A stretch of 64,000 nt of DNA. Source: Octopus vulgaris. Its lineage: Eukaryota. Below are positions 1 to 12,770 of the stretch, in pieces. The DNA lies in NCBI GenBank assembly GCA_951406725.2, contig OX597815.1, positions 128,836,001 to 128,900,000 of the forward strand, in the 5' to 3' direction. Positions within the stretch are counted from its first letter, which is position 1, and each line of letters begins with the position of its first letter. Made by a program: the position numbers and the translations under genes. The notes beneath the pieces were generated by a model that searched no databases, was not told the DNA's origin, and was given only the letters and a program-made list of their open reading frames with translations.

Positions 1-1489
1 TCCTTGTTTTCTGTATTTTCAGTTAACTCTGAATGATTAAAACCATCATTGACTGAACTGTCTGGTACTAATTCCTCAACTGTTGCATCCATTACCTTTG
101 TAGTATCCTCTTCTGTTGCTGTTTCATCAGAGCACATTTCAACTGAGAGACCTTGATGGTTTGATTCTACAATACATACCGTTTCACTTTCAGATAACAT
201 TGATGAGGTATGATGGATGTCATCATCCAAATGACCTCTTATTTCAGTAATGCTTTCATCAAATTTTGATGTTTTGGAATCTAATGAGACATTGTCATCA
301 TTTGGTATTTGCATATGTGTGATTTCTTGATCGACACTCTCCTCTAATGCACTCACAATTTCGTCACCATTGTTCAAAATGGTTTCCTCTGAATTTACAT
401 CTTTGATTTCAGACATCATCTCAGTTTGGATGACCAGAGTAGATGGTGCTACTTCAGGTTCGCTCTTAATTTCACTCTCTACCTGCTCTATAGTATATCC
501 AATTTCTGTTACTTCAACTACTTCTTGTTTTACTGCATCTTGTATTTCAATCTCATCTTTTCTGCTATCTTGTAATGGAGAGCTAGCATCAAGTGATAAA
601 GAAGAAATTTCACACTCATCATTTTTGGGTTCATGACTTTCAAGATCTTCCAAATTTGCTGAAGCCACTTCGATGTTAGTAAATGTAATGTCAGGATTGG
701 TCTGGGTACTGGCAATGAAATCAGTGTTTGTTGTATGTTCATCTTTGATATTATGACAGTCATCTACATGTACAGCCACTCCAACTGTTGATTCTTCTGT
801 TTTTGATTCTCCTTTATTCTCAAGATTTAAAGCATCATTCTCAGATGACACAACTATTTTATTATCATTTTCTTCTTCAGTTTGATTGACAGGGATGACA
901 TTTTGTGAATGTTCTACCAAATCCTCATCTTCTTTGAAGTTCAGGCATACTTCTGTAACTTCAACAGCTGATGTATGAATAATTTCATTTATTCCGTCCC
1001 CCTTTTCATTACAATCCTCTTGTGATTCTTTTAAGTCATCTTTCTTTTCATTTAAATCTACTTCTGCTTCTTTTAAATCATCCTGTTTTACATCTTCAGT
1101 TTCTTTTAAGATGTCCTGTTTTTCATTTATCATTTCTTTTAAATCATCATGATTTTCTTTTAAGTCATCTTGTTTTTCAATTAAGCCATCCTGCTTTTCA
1201 ACTGATTCAACTTGTTTTTCAATTGAGTCATCTTGTTTTTCATTGATGTCTCCCTTTATTTCTTTCAAGTCATGTATTTCATCATCTAATTTATCATGTT
1301 TCTTGCTCAGGTTACTATCTTCTTGATTCTTATTTGCAAGTGGTAGGTCAGATGTATTATTCAAGGGTTCACTATCATCCTTTGAAATACTGTCAGTGAG
1401 ATTGTTATCAATGCAGCTACTGGAGCTACGATCTGCTGCAGTTGAATTGTCATCAGATATAACATCTTGTAAATGATTTTCAACATTTT
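1..1489 (-). CDS. Large coding exon (runs off window edge) of an unidentified protein; about 495 aa, Asp/Glu-rich, low complexity
   Basis: Hand translation finds no stop from 1489 to 1: (E)NVENHLQDVISDDNSTAADRSSSSCIDNNL...EKQDDLKENHDDLKE...ELTENTENK. Acceptor ttattttacag|AAAATG at 1490, phase 1. Missing from the ORF track because there is no stop in the window. Confidence 0.9.
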
Positions 1490-1769
1490 CTGTAAAATAA
1501 TTGGACTTTTAATAAAACAATCTCAGGTTATAGCTAAAGAAATAAAGTTAACATCTAAATTTGGCACAAGATCACACATAAAAAAAATCAATTTGCTTGA
1601 TCCAAACACATTACTGGTACTTGTTTTACCAGTCCTTAGGAGAATCAAAGGTAAAGCTGACCATGACTATTTGAACTCAAAATATAAAAGAATATTTAAA
1701 TAAAGTCACAAAACATTCTGTGTGGTACTTAACTGACTGTGCTATTCACCTTTCTATAAATAAGAAAAA

Positions 1770-2150
1770 TAATAATATTGTATACAGAGCTCAGATGCAC
1801 TACAACTCACTTGAAAAGTAGTTGAAAGTGCATGAACAGTATATAGAATAATGCACAGGAAGAGAACAGTGAATGAGTCATTAAAAAAAGTGAGGGGCGA
1901 CATCAGATGTACGATTGGCAAATTTCAGGAGTATGGAAGTTTTGAAGGATGTAATGTCTCAACAGCTAACAACTGATATAGGTAATTTATTCTGAGCATG
2001 AAAAAATGTTTCTGAAAGTCATGGGTGCTGTGTTGTTTTATGATTTTGTAAGCATGTCCATGAGTGGTAGACATATTGGAATTCAAAAAAGGTGCCCAAG
2101 GATGTTCTTGGAAAGATGGTGGATAATCTTGTGCATATCTACCAAGTCAG
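1770..2150 (-). mobile_element. CR1-like LINE 3' end fragment
   Basis: Minus strand reads HDFQKHFFMLR..NKLPISVVSC..ITSFKT, which matches the CR1 ORF2 C-terminal pattern FFxxRVxxxWNxLP. Homologous to 16330-16580 and 38705-39490. Confidence 0.6.
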
Positions 2151-2769
2151 TTGCCAGACATCAGAGCTTTAATGTAAAGTCTTTTGTTCCCTTATTTCTG
2201 TTGAAGTGTATTTGCCATTGTTTCAATTAATTTTGAAAATATTAAAGAATTCATTAAAATAACTGTCATTATTAAATTTATTTAAATTAAGTATTTAGAA
2301 CATAAATTAGCATAAAATTTTGGAGGAAGATTTTTTTAAGTGAAGGTCACTTAAAAGCAGGGAGTTTGAATCATAGAACTAGGGCTGGTTTCAAAAAGGT
2401 TAAGAATGATTTTCAACATCTTAGACATAAAGCTGAAAATTTTGAAAGGAAGTGTGTAGCTGATTATATCAACCCCAATAGCCAACTGATATGGTTTATT
2501 CATCTTGCAATGATGAAAGACAAATGAACTATGAACTTACAACATAACTAAATATCAAAAAGTACTTTGGTACCCTCTGACTACTATTCTGAAATATACA
2601 ATACTTGAATAAGAATTAATTAGTAAATTAAGTTACAAAGTTATTCAATTTTTTTCACTGTATAAGAGAAGTTGAGAACATCAGTTTCGATAAATGGTGA
2701 CAGTCATGTTTTACAATTTACAACTGTATAAATTGCAAATTGTAAAACATAACTGTCACTACTACTACA

Positions 2770-2814
2770 TGAACCTGAAGATTGCATAGTTTAATGCATG
2801 AAAGTACTTGTTCA
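2770..2814 (+). ncRNA. Minimal type I hammerhead ribozyme motif (PLE type)
   Basis: tgaac-CTGAAGA-t-tgcat(agttta)atgca-t-GAAA-gtac-TT-gttca. Helix I is 5 bp, helix II is 5 bp after a U.U mismatch, and the helix III region aagtactt is palindromic. Confidence 0.7.
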
Positions 2815-2967
2815 ATCAGAATTGACATTTGATATTCTATCATTTCATTATATTATATTATATTATATTAATATAAGATTGTAAATAAAATGGAAAAATC
2901 AGACAAGTTTTGAATTTCTTTGAGTAATATATTCTTCTATACACAATCATACACACCCGTGTGTGTG

Positions 2968-3010
<43 letters not shown>

Positions 3011-3733
3011 CATTTCCCAGACTTTTTCTGTTCCTTAAAATCTCAAGCACAAGGCATTGGTCAATCTGAGATTATAGTAGAAGACACTTGACCAAGATAC
3101 CATGTTGTAAGATCAAACCTGGAACCAAGTGATTGCTAAATAAACTAATTTAATCACATAGTCATTCTTGTACCTAGATTGCTTAGATTTCACATATGTT
3201 TTGTGACTACATTTTAAATTCAAACAATACTTGTGTAAATTTCTAAATGATTCATTTTTACTTTTTCACTATTTTAAACTTTTTTTTGTTTGAGAAAGTT
3301 GAACTTGTGTTTAGGATAATTTCAGTTTAATCAGCAATCAAGAAATTTCTTACTTAATTGATATTCTATTTTCAGCTAAATTAACAAGTATTCATGTTAT
3401 TTTTTCCTGTTAAGTGATGATAAATTGAGTTCTAAATCAAGATCACAATTAGTTTAAGCTCAATTAACCAATGACTTGTGAAATGTAAAACCTTTGCTGT
3501 AGTGGAATCATGTATATATATATATAGCTCTACCACCACAAAGATTGTGTGTTTGTGTGTGTTTGTGTGTGTATGTGTGTGTATGTGTGTGTGTGCATGC
3601 GAGTGTGTGTGTATATATATATATATTTGTATATACAGCTCTACCACCACTAATTTTTTCTTTTGTGTGTGTGTGCATGTATTTGTATATGCATGCATAT
3701 ATGTATGTATATGCATGTATGTGTGTATGTATG

Positions 3734-3767
<34 letters not shown>

Positions 3768-3811
3768 TGTGTGTGTATGTGTGTGTATGTATGTATGCAT
3801 GTATGTATGTA

Positions 3812-4142
3812 TGTATGTAGAGGAACTTGCTTTTGCAAATGCCTCTCATCATGAATAGTTTGGTTTAAGAACAATTTTTCAAACACAAAACATATCAGGT
3901 GACAAACAGTGTCTCAAGCAACACAGACGCAAGCCATCAACAACAGTTGGCAACAAGCTGGGAGTATCAATAGGAGAGTGTCAGTTGCTGTCTAGCTTTC
4001 ACTCAGTGCACATCTCTGCTCAAATTCACCAGGCCTTTTCATGAATTTCCTATGGGAAAAATAGTTTTGGTTTATGAACATTTCAGGCGATGAATGGTCT
4101 TGAAGAGCAAATTAAATCTATAAACTGAGGCTCCACTGTATA
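3812..4142. mobile_element. Degenerate pogo/Tigger-like non-autonomous DNA element
   Basis: The right end aaactgaggctccactg-TA reads cagtggagcctcagttt when reversed. Internal repeat aatagtttggttta.gaaca. The left TIR is poorly preserved. Confidence 0.35.
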
Positions 4143-5519
4143 CATGTGTGTATAATATATATATATATGTATGTACATACATATATATATGCATACACTC
4201 TTCTTTACAAGAAAATGGCTTAGCTTTTTTTGTATACATACCTTTCATTGTTTTCTTTAGTTAGAATTTAAGAATTCTAAAACACCGATTAAATAAATAT
4301 CATAAGATTATAATTATTATCATTATTATTTGTACTATTCAGGCATATTCATTAAAAGTACAGGTATGGCTTTGTGGTTAACAAATTCACTTCTCAGTCA
4401 TGTAGTTTTAGGTTCAGTCTGACTATGTTGCACCTTGGGCAAGTGTCTCTGACTATAGCTCTGGGTTGACCAAAGCCTTGTGAATGGATTTGTTAGACAG
4501 AAACTGAAAGTAGTGTGTGTGTGTGTGCGCGCATGCGTGCAAGCGTGTGTGTGTGCGCGCACGCGTGCAAGCGTGTGTGTGTGTGGTGGGCAGTGGTGGT
4601 GAAATTAAGATCTATTTTGTTTACATAACAGATGTGTAAAACAAGCAATTACTTAAAGAATCTTCAGCAAGTATTTTTAACAGAAGCTTCAGGCTCATTT
4701 CTACCTTGTGAGTGAAATTGAGTTGATGGAAACTATGTTGTAGTCCATATTGCATGTTGTATCTGTTCTTAAGTAAGAGACTTCATTTAGCATACCATAA
4801 TCTGAGAGAAAGTGTTCATCTGGCATTGGGAAGATTAATAGCTGATAGTTATTTATAGTGTATACAAATCAAGACTTAGCTAAACTGGTCTGTTTAATTC
4901 ACATAACAATGTTTATAGTGACATTATGGATTAGTTCATTCATAAAGTATTAATTAATAAATTCATTGTTTAAAACATCTGCAGTTGTACAATTGGCGAG
5001 TCAGATAAAATGTTTTGCTGTACTTCCTTATGTTTTGAGTTCAAATCTTGTCAAGGTCAGCTTTGACTTTCATCCTTTCAGGTTTGATAAAATAAAGTAC
5101 CATTCAAGTACTGGGATTCATGTAATCAACAAAACCCATTCCCCAAATTTCTCCCAAAAGGATTATGAAACTTGAACAAAGTTTCTCCTGATACTTTTAA
5201 AAGGTATCTAGATGTGTTTTTCTCTAACATATCAGATCAACAATCTGAAAAAAAAAAAAAGGCTGCAACTAAATTAGAGCAGCATCCATCAATCTGTTGC
5301 TACTTACACTGGAAAATTGAACAAAGCACATTAAACCTTTGAATATACATACACAAAGATGGTATAAAAGACATAGAACATTCAACTGTGAAGGCACTAC
5401 TCCAGTATGACATTGGCCACCTTGGTGACTAAATCAAGCTAATGTGAGTGTATCATGTAATCATAACAGCATACTTGCTCTTACTTATGAAAAAGTAATA
5501 GCAAAACTAACTTTACTGA

Positions 5520-7070
5520 TACCTAAAAGTAAAAAGCATGGAATTACCATTACAAAAGGTTGTTGAAGAAAGACAACATATAGTATTAGTAGAGTGAAGA
5601 TATACACTCAAGTATCAGCATCCTCTACAACTGCTACAAGGAGAAATGAAATACACTAGTATGATGAAACTCCAGTGGCATGGAGTTGATAGACAAGCTA
5701 ATGAAAAACACAGAAAGACTTATAGCACAGTTCATTAGAAACAGAATTAACTTAGGTCAGATGCAGTTCAGCTTTGTATCAAGAAGAGGCACACTGACAC
5801 CGTTTTTCTTGTGAGACAATTAAAAGAGAAACACTTAGCTAAGAGTAAGTCACTGTATTTAGCATTCATTGACCTGGAGAAGGCCTTTGACAGGGTCATT
5901 TGCTCTGTGGTCAGGTGGTAGTTAAGAAAACTAAGGGAAGATGACTGGCTTGATAGAAATGTATTATAAGCCCTACATAGAGGAACAGCAAAGTGAGAAT
6001 TAGAAATGAGTTCAGCTTGTAGGTAGGTGTCTCTCAGCACTCAATTTTTAGTTCCCTCTCATTAATTATGATCCTCCAGGCCATGATATAAGAATATGAG
6101 AATGGCTGTGAATAGGAATTCTTATGTGCTGATTTATAAAAGATTTAAAGAAATTCCAGATATATTAGCAAAACCCAAAAGTAAGAGGTCTTGAAGTAAA
6201 TTTAGCAAAGATTAAAATCTAAGTAAGAAGGAAGACAGGCCATTGCTACCATCAGAGAAATGGCCATGTTCAAGGCACAGAAAAAGGATAGTTATAAATT
6301 CCCAGTGTAAAGTATGGATACACAAGAGAAGATTGTGGGATCATAGGGGGCGCTGGTAGAGAAGGTAGACTTCATATATAGCAGATGCACAGAGATAGTT
6401 TGCAGGGAGAGTACACATGAAATAAATTCTATAAAATCCTTGGAAGGCCCTCTAGAACTAGTTACTAGCTTTTGTTACAAAGGTAGGTTAATTGGCAAGT
6501 GGTGTAGGGTGTTCCAAATACATAGTAACCAGATTAAGAACAAGGTGGAAAAAGTTCAGGGTTACTTCTGCTGATAACAAAGGGCTTCTCTCAGAATAAA
6601 GGGCACATTGTATGATGCCTATATATGAAGTGAATTGATGCATGGTAGTAAGGTGTGTACCTTGAGTGCAGAAGATTTGTGGTTATTAGAAACAAATAAA
6701 GTGAGCATACTGCACTGGAAGTGTAGTTTTAGTGTGCATGGGTGAAAGAGCATAAATGAGGAATCAAATATAGTGTGAAATTTATAGTGCTACTGACAAG
6801 AAAAAAGCTTGTGCAGGTACAGGCACATGATTTTCGTGAAAAATGTCAGTTGTATATCAAAAAGAAAAGTGCAGAACACACAAACTAGATGAAACTCAGA
6901 AGAAAGATATTCTTAGAAGACAGGAAAACATTAATGAAAACCAGTCTCAACAAGCCAAATGTAACAAAAGGGATCAAATTGAACCATGACTAGTTGTGCT
7001 ACCTATGATCCACCCACCTACTAGTGCAAGCATGGTAAAACAGTCATTTTAGAGTGGTTGAGTGATGGTG
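5520..7070 (+). mobile_element. Decayed RTE-clade LINE, reverse transcriptase through 3' tail
   Basis: Frameshifted RT motifs QMQFSFVSRRG..VFLVRQLKEKHLAKSKSLYLAFIDLEKAFDRV, ELLCAD, VNLAKIKI, LELVTSFCY and KGTLYDAYI. The 3' tail is gcaagcatggtaaaacag..gatggtggtgat. Confidence 0.85.
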
Positions 7071-7343
7071 GTGATCAAGGCTAGGATAATATGATATATC
7101 TATGTCAGGTTTCTCATTCATTATTTTCTAATTAAGCCTCTATCTAGTTTCCTGTTCAGTACTCTTTCATCTATTACACTCCTTCTCTCCTAATCTCTGT
7201 ATCAAGAGTCCAGTCCATATTCAATAGCTTCAACTCTCACCCTTTATCACTCTGCTTCTCTTCCATTACAATAATGTCTGTGCAACAAGACTCACTGGGC
7301 TACCTCTGAGCACCAAGTTGCTTCACTGCAGGTCATCACTCTA

Positions 7344-7395
<52 letters not shown>

Positions 7396-10154
7396 TCCTG
7401 TATCATTCTTTAATGATATTTCTCTCTCTTACTACTCTCCATTTCTATTGTTATCCACCTACCATCTTTATTGCTATCCCATCATGCCACTCATGTTCAA
7501 TTTCCTTACCACTCACATGTAGCTGCCTATCACTGTCACTCTTTCATTACTTCCCCTCTTATTGCTCTATACCTCCATTATACTCATACTCTCTTTCTTT
7601 TCACCTTTATAGCCACCACATTTTCTAGTCACTTTGTTGATCATATTTGCTTTGAATGAATGAAGACACAATAGAACAGTCTTGCTTGGGGCAAGATAAC
7701 CTCTGTAGTGCTGCTGCCATAACAAAATGCACCCAGTACAGTGTAAAGAGGTTGGTAAGTAAATGATGACAACATATGGTAGAGAGAATTCTTTAGTCTT
7801 GCTAAAGAGATGAGAACCTCCCTAGTGCTGGCCCTGTAATAAAATGTGCACAGTTCAATTTATAAAACAGTTGCTGATAAGAAAAGTATCCAACTGTAGT
7901 AGCCATGTCAAAAATTGGAGGGCAAAAGTGAGATGTAAACTCACTTTTGCCCTCCAATTACTCCAAATAAGAACTGACTCGGATTTTGATGACCCATTCA
8001 ACCCATGCCAGCATGGAAAACATGGTATGGTGATGATGAAGGTGTGTGTGTATAAGAGAGGGAGAGGGAGTATGTGTGTGCAGATTTATATATATATATA
8101 TATGTAATCAGATGTTCACATATGTTGTTCAGCTTTTATGAAGTTTAATACTGGAAATTAAAAAAAGCAATTGCATATGGCAAAAATCGAAGGAAAAAAA
8201 AAACAATAAAATTAAATGAAAAATTAAAAAGGAAAAATATATAACACATACAACTAAATTCACATAGGAATTATATTTACATTCAATGCGTGGCAGATAG
8301 AATATTTTCTTTTTATTATATTTTAATTTGTCTCTGCTTACTATAAAAGCATTTAGCTAGCCTACATATAAAGCATGACAATATTTTAGGATCTAATAAA
8401 GGCTCTAAAGACTACACAACATATTAGGCATCATCACACTTGGAGAAACAGTTTAAAACAATATGTTTTAGTGTTATAGTGGGCTTAGGGTCTCCTAGCA
8501 GACAAAAAATTGAATCATTGTTTGATGAAATATATGCCATATATTTGAATAATTGAACAGTGGGATGGCATCTCTCCTTATAGCTAAATAATAAATGAAC
8601 CCATTCTCTCCTGGCAAATAAAAGAAAAAATGCAAAAATGACTGCAGTGACATTGGTAGAATTTGTGCCATCCAGAGTGGTCCCTGAGCCTAGAATCTGC
8701 CTACCCCTATGAAAAACACATTATGCTGCCTCCACCAAACAAATGCTAATCAGAGAGAAGCATCTTCTCCAGTTTAGCTCCAAACACTGTGCTGTGGTGC
8801 ATACAAGTATTTACCTAACCAGCTTCCCATAATTTACAAATATACAGGAACAGAATGGACAGAGAAGTTATAATATACCCAAACTGAAATACTGCACCAC
8901 ATACAATTAATTACATATTTGAACATGTAGAATGTTTCTCAACTAGATGGTGGTATGGTATATTCAAAGCTATGGACCTGGGAATTGAACTTAGTCATTT
9001 AGCCAACTACCTACAAGCTTTATGTTTGCTTGATATGAGATTACACAATAATTCATTTTCACCCCTTTGTTACTATATTTTCTGTTGATGTATATTACTT
9101 CTGCCTCAATTATTTTTAAAATAATGAGGAATAGTAAAATAAGTGTACTTTATGGAACATAAATTAACATGCAATTTTGATAGATTTAATCTAGATCACT
9201 TTTAAAAAGGAAATTTGTATCATAGAACCAGAGGTGGTCTTGGGTGATTGGTATAAAAAAGGTCATCTAAAATTATTGCATTCTACTTTCTCTTTATAAC
9301 TTGAATTTTTTCTTTGAAGTTATTGATATACAGTACATATAAAATAGTCTAAATCAATCACTGAGTATAATAAAAAAAAGTAATTTTTTTTATAATTATA
9401 AGGAAAATGTATCAATAAAGATTCATTGAAATAGCTGCAATGAGTTTGCTAGAAAAAAGATAATGAAATTTATGGAGATGTAAATGAAGTAAAAGAAAAT
9501 AGAATATTGCAAAGCTGCTATTAAAGGTTGGTAGATAAATTGGTATCACATTTATAACTGTTGACATACATTTAGGCAAACGTATGTCATGAAATAATGG
9601 ATAAAAGAAGAAAGGAATAAAACACAAAGGCTTATAAGAGATTTACAAGTGGAATTGTTTTGGAATATGTTGCAATTATGTCTTTTGATGAGGCAAAGGG
9701 TACATTTTGGTAGTGTGCTTCTGTATTCTGTAAAGTGTGCCACTTACTATTGTTACTAAACAGGAAAATAGTTACCATTTATGTATTTTTCAAAATAATT
9801 ATTTCTTATGTAGGAATTTAACATTTTGCATAGTTAGAGTAGAGATAAAATAAGAAATTGAGTCATTTATATATTTTGAAAAAGGAAATAAGGATATAAG
9901 TAAAGATATAATAATAGATTCCTGCCAGGAAATTGAAATTAGATCACAAGTTTTGTTCATTGGTAACATACTACTGTACTACAAACATTTGCCAATATTG
10001 ACTATCATTATTTTGTTTTGGTTTGTTTCTGGTGTATACCACTTCTGATATTTAGTAATTTCCATGTCTCTGTTTTACAGACATATGATTTTAAAATGAA
10101 GACAATTGCTTTGAATGAATGAAGGGAAATATATTCAATATACTAAGGCCTTAT

Positions 10155-10372
10155 GGCAACGAGTTGGCAGAATTATTAGCATACTGGGCAAAATGTTTAG
10201 CTACATCTCGTCTGTCTTTACATTCTGAGTTCAAATTCCACCGAGGTTAACATTGCTTTACATCCTTTCGGGGTTGATAAAATAAGTACCAGATGAGAAC
10301 TGGGGTCACTATAACTGACTTATCCCCTCCCCATAACTTGCTGACCTTGTGCCAAAATTTGAAACCAATATT
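10155..10372 (+). mobile_element. SINE family B (further copies about 1555-1740 -, 4980-5170 +, 28232-28445 +, 37455-37640 -, 37995-38210 -)
   Basis: ggcaacgagttggcagaa..ctgagttcaaattccaccgagg..catcctttcggggttgataaaataagtaccag. Confidence 0.8.
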
Positions 10373-11105
10373 AGTTACCATAAGATGCAAAAGTCACATG
10401 TCTTAGATACAGTGGGAAAATGAGAAACTGTGAAGTATACACCTATCTAAAGTAATAAAAATAACTCACTTCCAGCAAGAAATTGAAACCAAATTTCCAG
10501 TTTCATTCATTGAGGCCTTCTCATTATACACCAGTATGTACCTATTTATAGATGAAGGAAGTAATTGGGGAAATTTATGATATTATGCCTTTCTCTGTGG
10601 CATTGGTACTATAAGTAAAGTAATTTCATCTGGGAATTGAAATCAAAATTATTGCTGTCTTACACCCACAACGTTTATTTTCCCCAAAAAATAATTACTT
10701 ACAAAGGCATGAAGCTTCAGATTTATGAGAAGTTACTATGTTCTTACATTTTCCCAGAAATTCCATTCTTGGAATAGAACAGGGGATAAGTCAATAACCT
10801 GACATGACACCTAGTTTATTCCAAGAATGAAACAGAACAGGTGACATATCAGTTGTTGATAAAAACAATCATATCATAGCACCAGTGACATATTTAGATT
10901 TCTGAGACGTGTTATGGTAAGAATAATTTATATGTTCTGAATGTTAAGGTATTTAGCATAAATTATTTTTGATCATCTTCAGAACCACCCACATTTCTAT
11001 ATACATAAGTGCAAGCATGCACCTTGGACAAGTGTCTTCAAATATAGCTTTAGGTTGACCAAAACCTTGAGTGGATTTGGTAACCAGAAACTGAAAGAAA
11101 TCCCT

Positions 11106-11140
<35 letters not shown>

Positions 11141-11149
11141 CATGTAACT

Positions 11150-11466
11150 GACATGTAAAAAGCACTGTTCAAGTGTTGGGCCTCACAGAGGCAATGACCA
11201 AGACCTTTGGCATTGCGTCGTGTTTGAGAAGACCCATCAAGCCAAGTAAAATCACAGTCATGGAAGATAGTGTGTCATGCAAAAGGCACCCATGCCAGTG
11301 GCATATACAAGCACCCATTACACTCTCAGAGGGGTTGGCATCCAGCTGTAAAAACCATGCCAAATCAGATTGAGGTCTGGTGCAACCTTCCAGCTTGCCA
11401 GCCCTGGTCAAACTGTCCAACCCATGCCAGCATGGACAACGGATGCTAAATGATGATGATGATGAT
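11150..11466 (+). mobile_element. RTE-tailed short element (also 22360-22660 +, 37700-37980 -, 55150-55470 -)
   Basis: aagcacccattacactctc..ggcatccagctgta..ccaacccatgccagcatggacaacggatgctaaa(tga)n. Confidence 0.7.
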
Positions 11467-11497
11467 ATATGTATGTATATGTATGTGTGTATAAGTG

Positions 11498-11531
<34 letters not shown>

Positions 11532-11559
11532 TATATATATCTGTATATATGTTTATATG

Positions 11560-11692
<133 letters not shown>

Positions 11693-12415
11693 ATATGATT
11701 GCAGGTGTGTATATGTGTGTGCATGTTTGTGTCTCCTTATCTAGACTTTGCTTGATAGCTGTAAGTGAGTGACATTGTCATACAAGTGGTGTTGTTAATG
11801 TCTACTCTTCTGCAAAACATGTCTGGTCATGAGGAAATATTTCCTTGTTCGGAAACAGGTGAGGGTTGATGATAGGAGGTCCATCCTGCTGCAGAAAATC
11901 TCCCTCAATAAAAATTCCATCTGACTGACGGAAAAAGGGGTGGGTGTTAGGATAATGATGATGAGGTTGATATATATATTTTCCTACGTTATTTTCAAAT
12001 TCAGTAGTTTCATTTCTAAAGTAAAGTTTCAACATTCTTGGTCCCTATATTCTGCATACCAAATTGATTCACAATGTTGATTCCCTATGAAGCCAGAATT
12101 TTTTTGTGGGAAGACAGAAAATGGGAAGCTGTGATAGTCATGCATTTTCTAGGGTGCTAACAACATGAAATATGTAAAATATGGAGCAATTCCAATTGGG
12201 GCTTGAAAGTGGATTAAAAACAAATGAATTGGAAATTCTGTTACATTTTATTAAAATAAATTTGCAACATTTAAAATCTTTACTTGCAACAACAAAAAAA
12301 TCCAAAAGAATTCCACTTGCTAATGAATACTTTAGTAATTAGTATTTAGGAGTTAATTTCAGAGGAAGAACAGTATTGTGAAACAGAAAGCCTATTTTTG
12401 TTAAGAACATCTTAC

Positions 12416-12481
12416 CTCCACATGACGACAATGATATTGTATCATCATCAGGAGCTGGTTGACACTCTTCTAGATGTAATT
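12416..12481 (-). CDS. 66-nt internal coding exon of the same gene (ELHLEECQPAPDDDTISLSSCG)
   Basis: Acceptor tattttcag, donor GAG|gtaag, phase 1-1. Splices in frame to the 1489 exon (G|AA = Glu). Confidence 0.82.
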
Positions 12482-12546
12482 CTGAAAATAAAATGAAATA
12501 AGTTATGGAAGTTAAAATAAAAACATATTATTGAAATAAAATAAAT

Positions 12547-12770
12547 TTAGTCCTTTAGCATTCAGATTACTCCAATAAACATAATGTTTGCTTATTCACA
12601 TTGTTTTAAATTAATCATGCATGATCTAGCTTTGAGATTTCCATGATGTGAGTGCTTATTTTTAAAATGACATTGAAGGTAGAAGTGAGAGGCCAAATCT
12701 GGCTGGTCTGAATATAAAACAGGTAGAGTATTTGGGCAGGATATGGTTCATTTAAATGCTAAAAGGTTAA
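12547..12770 (+). mobile_element. piggyBac-type MITE family 1 (also 45517-45734, 46021-46247, 59653-59817 inverted)
   Basis: Four homologous copies up to about 225 bp, with consensus termini ttaa-ccctttagcatt ... aatgctaaaggg-ttaa. Confidence 0.65.

Noticed and set aside
370-1246. Track ORFs 370-636 +, 530-763 - and 1022-1246 +
   Set aside because: They are antisense or off-frame shadows of the real minus-strand exon.
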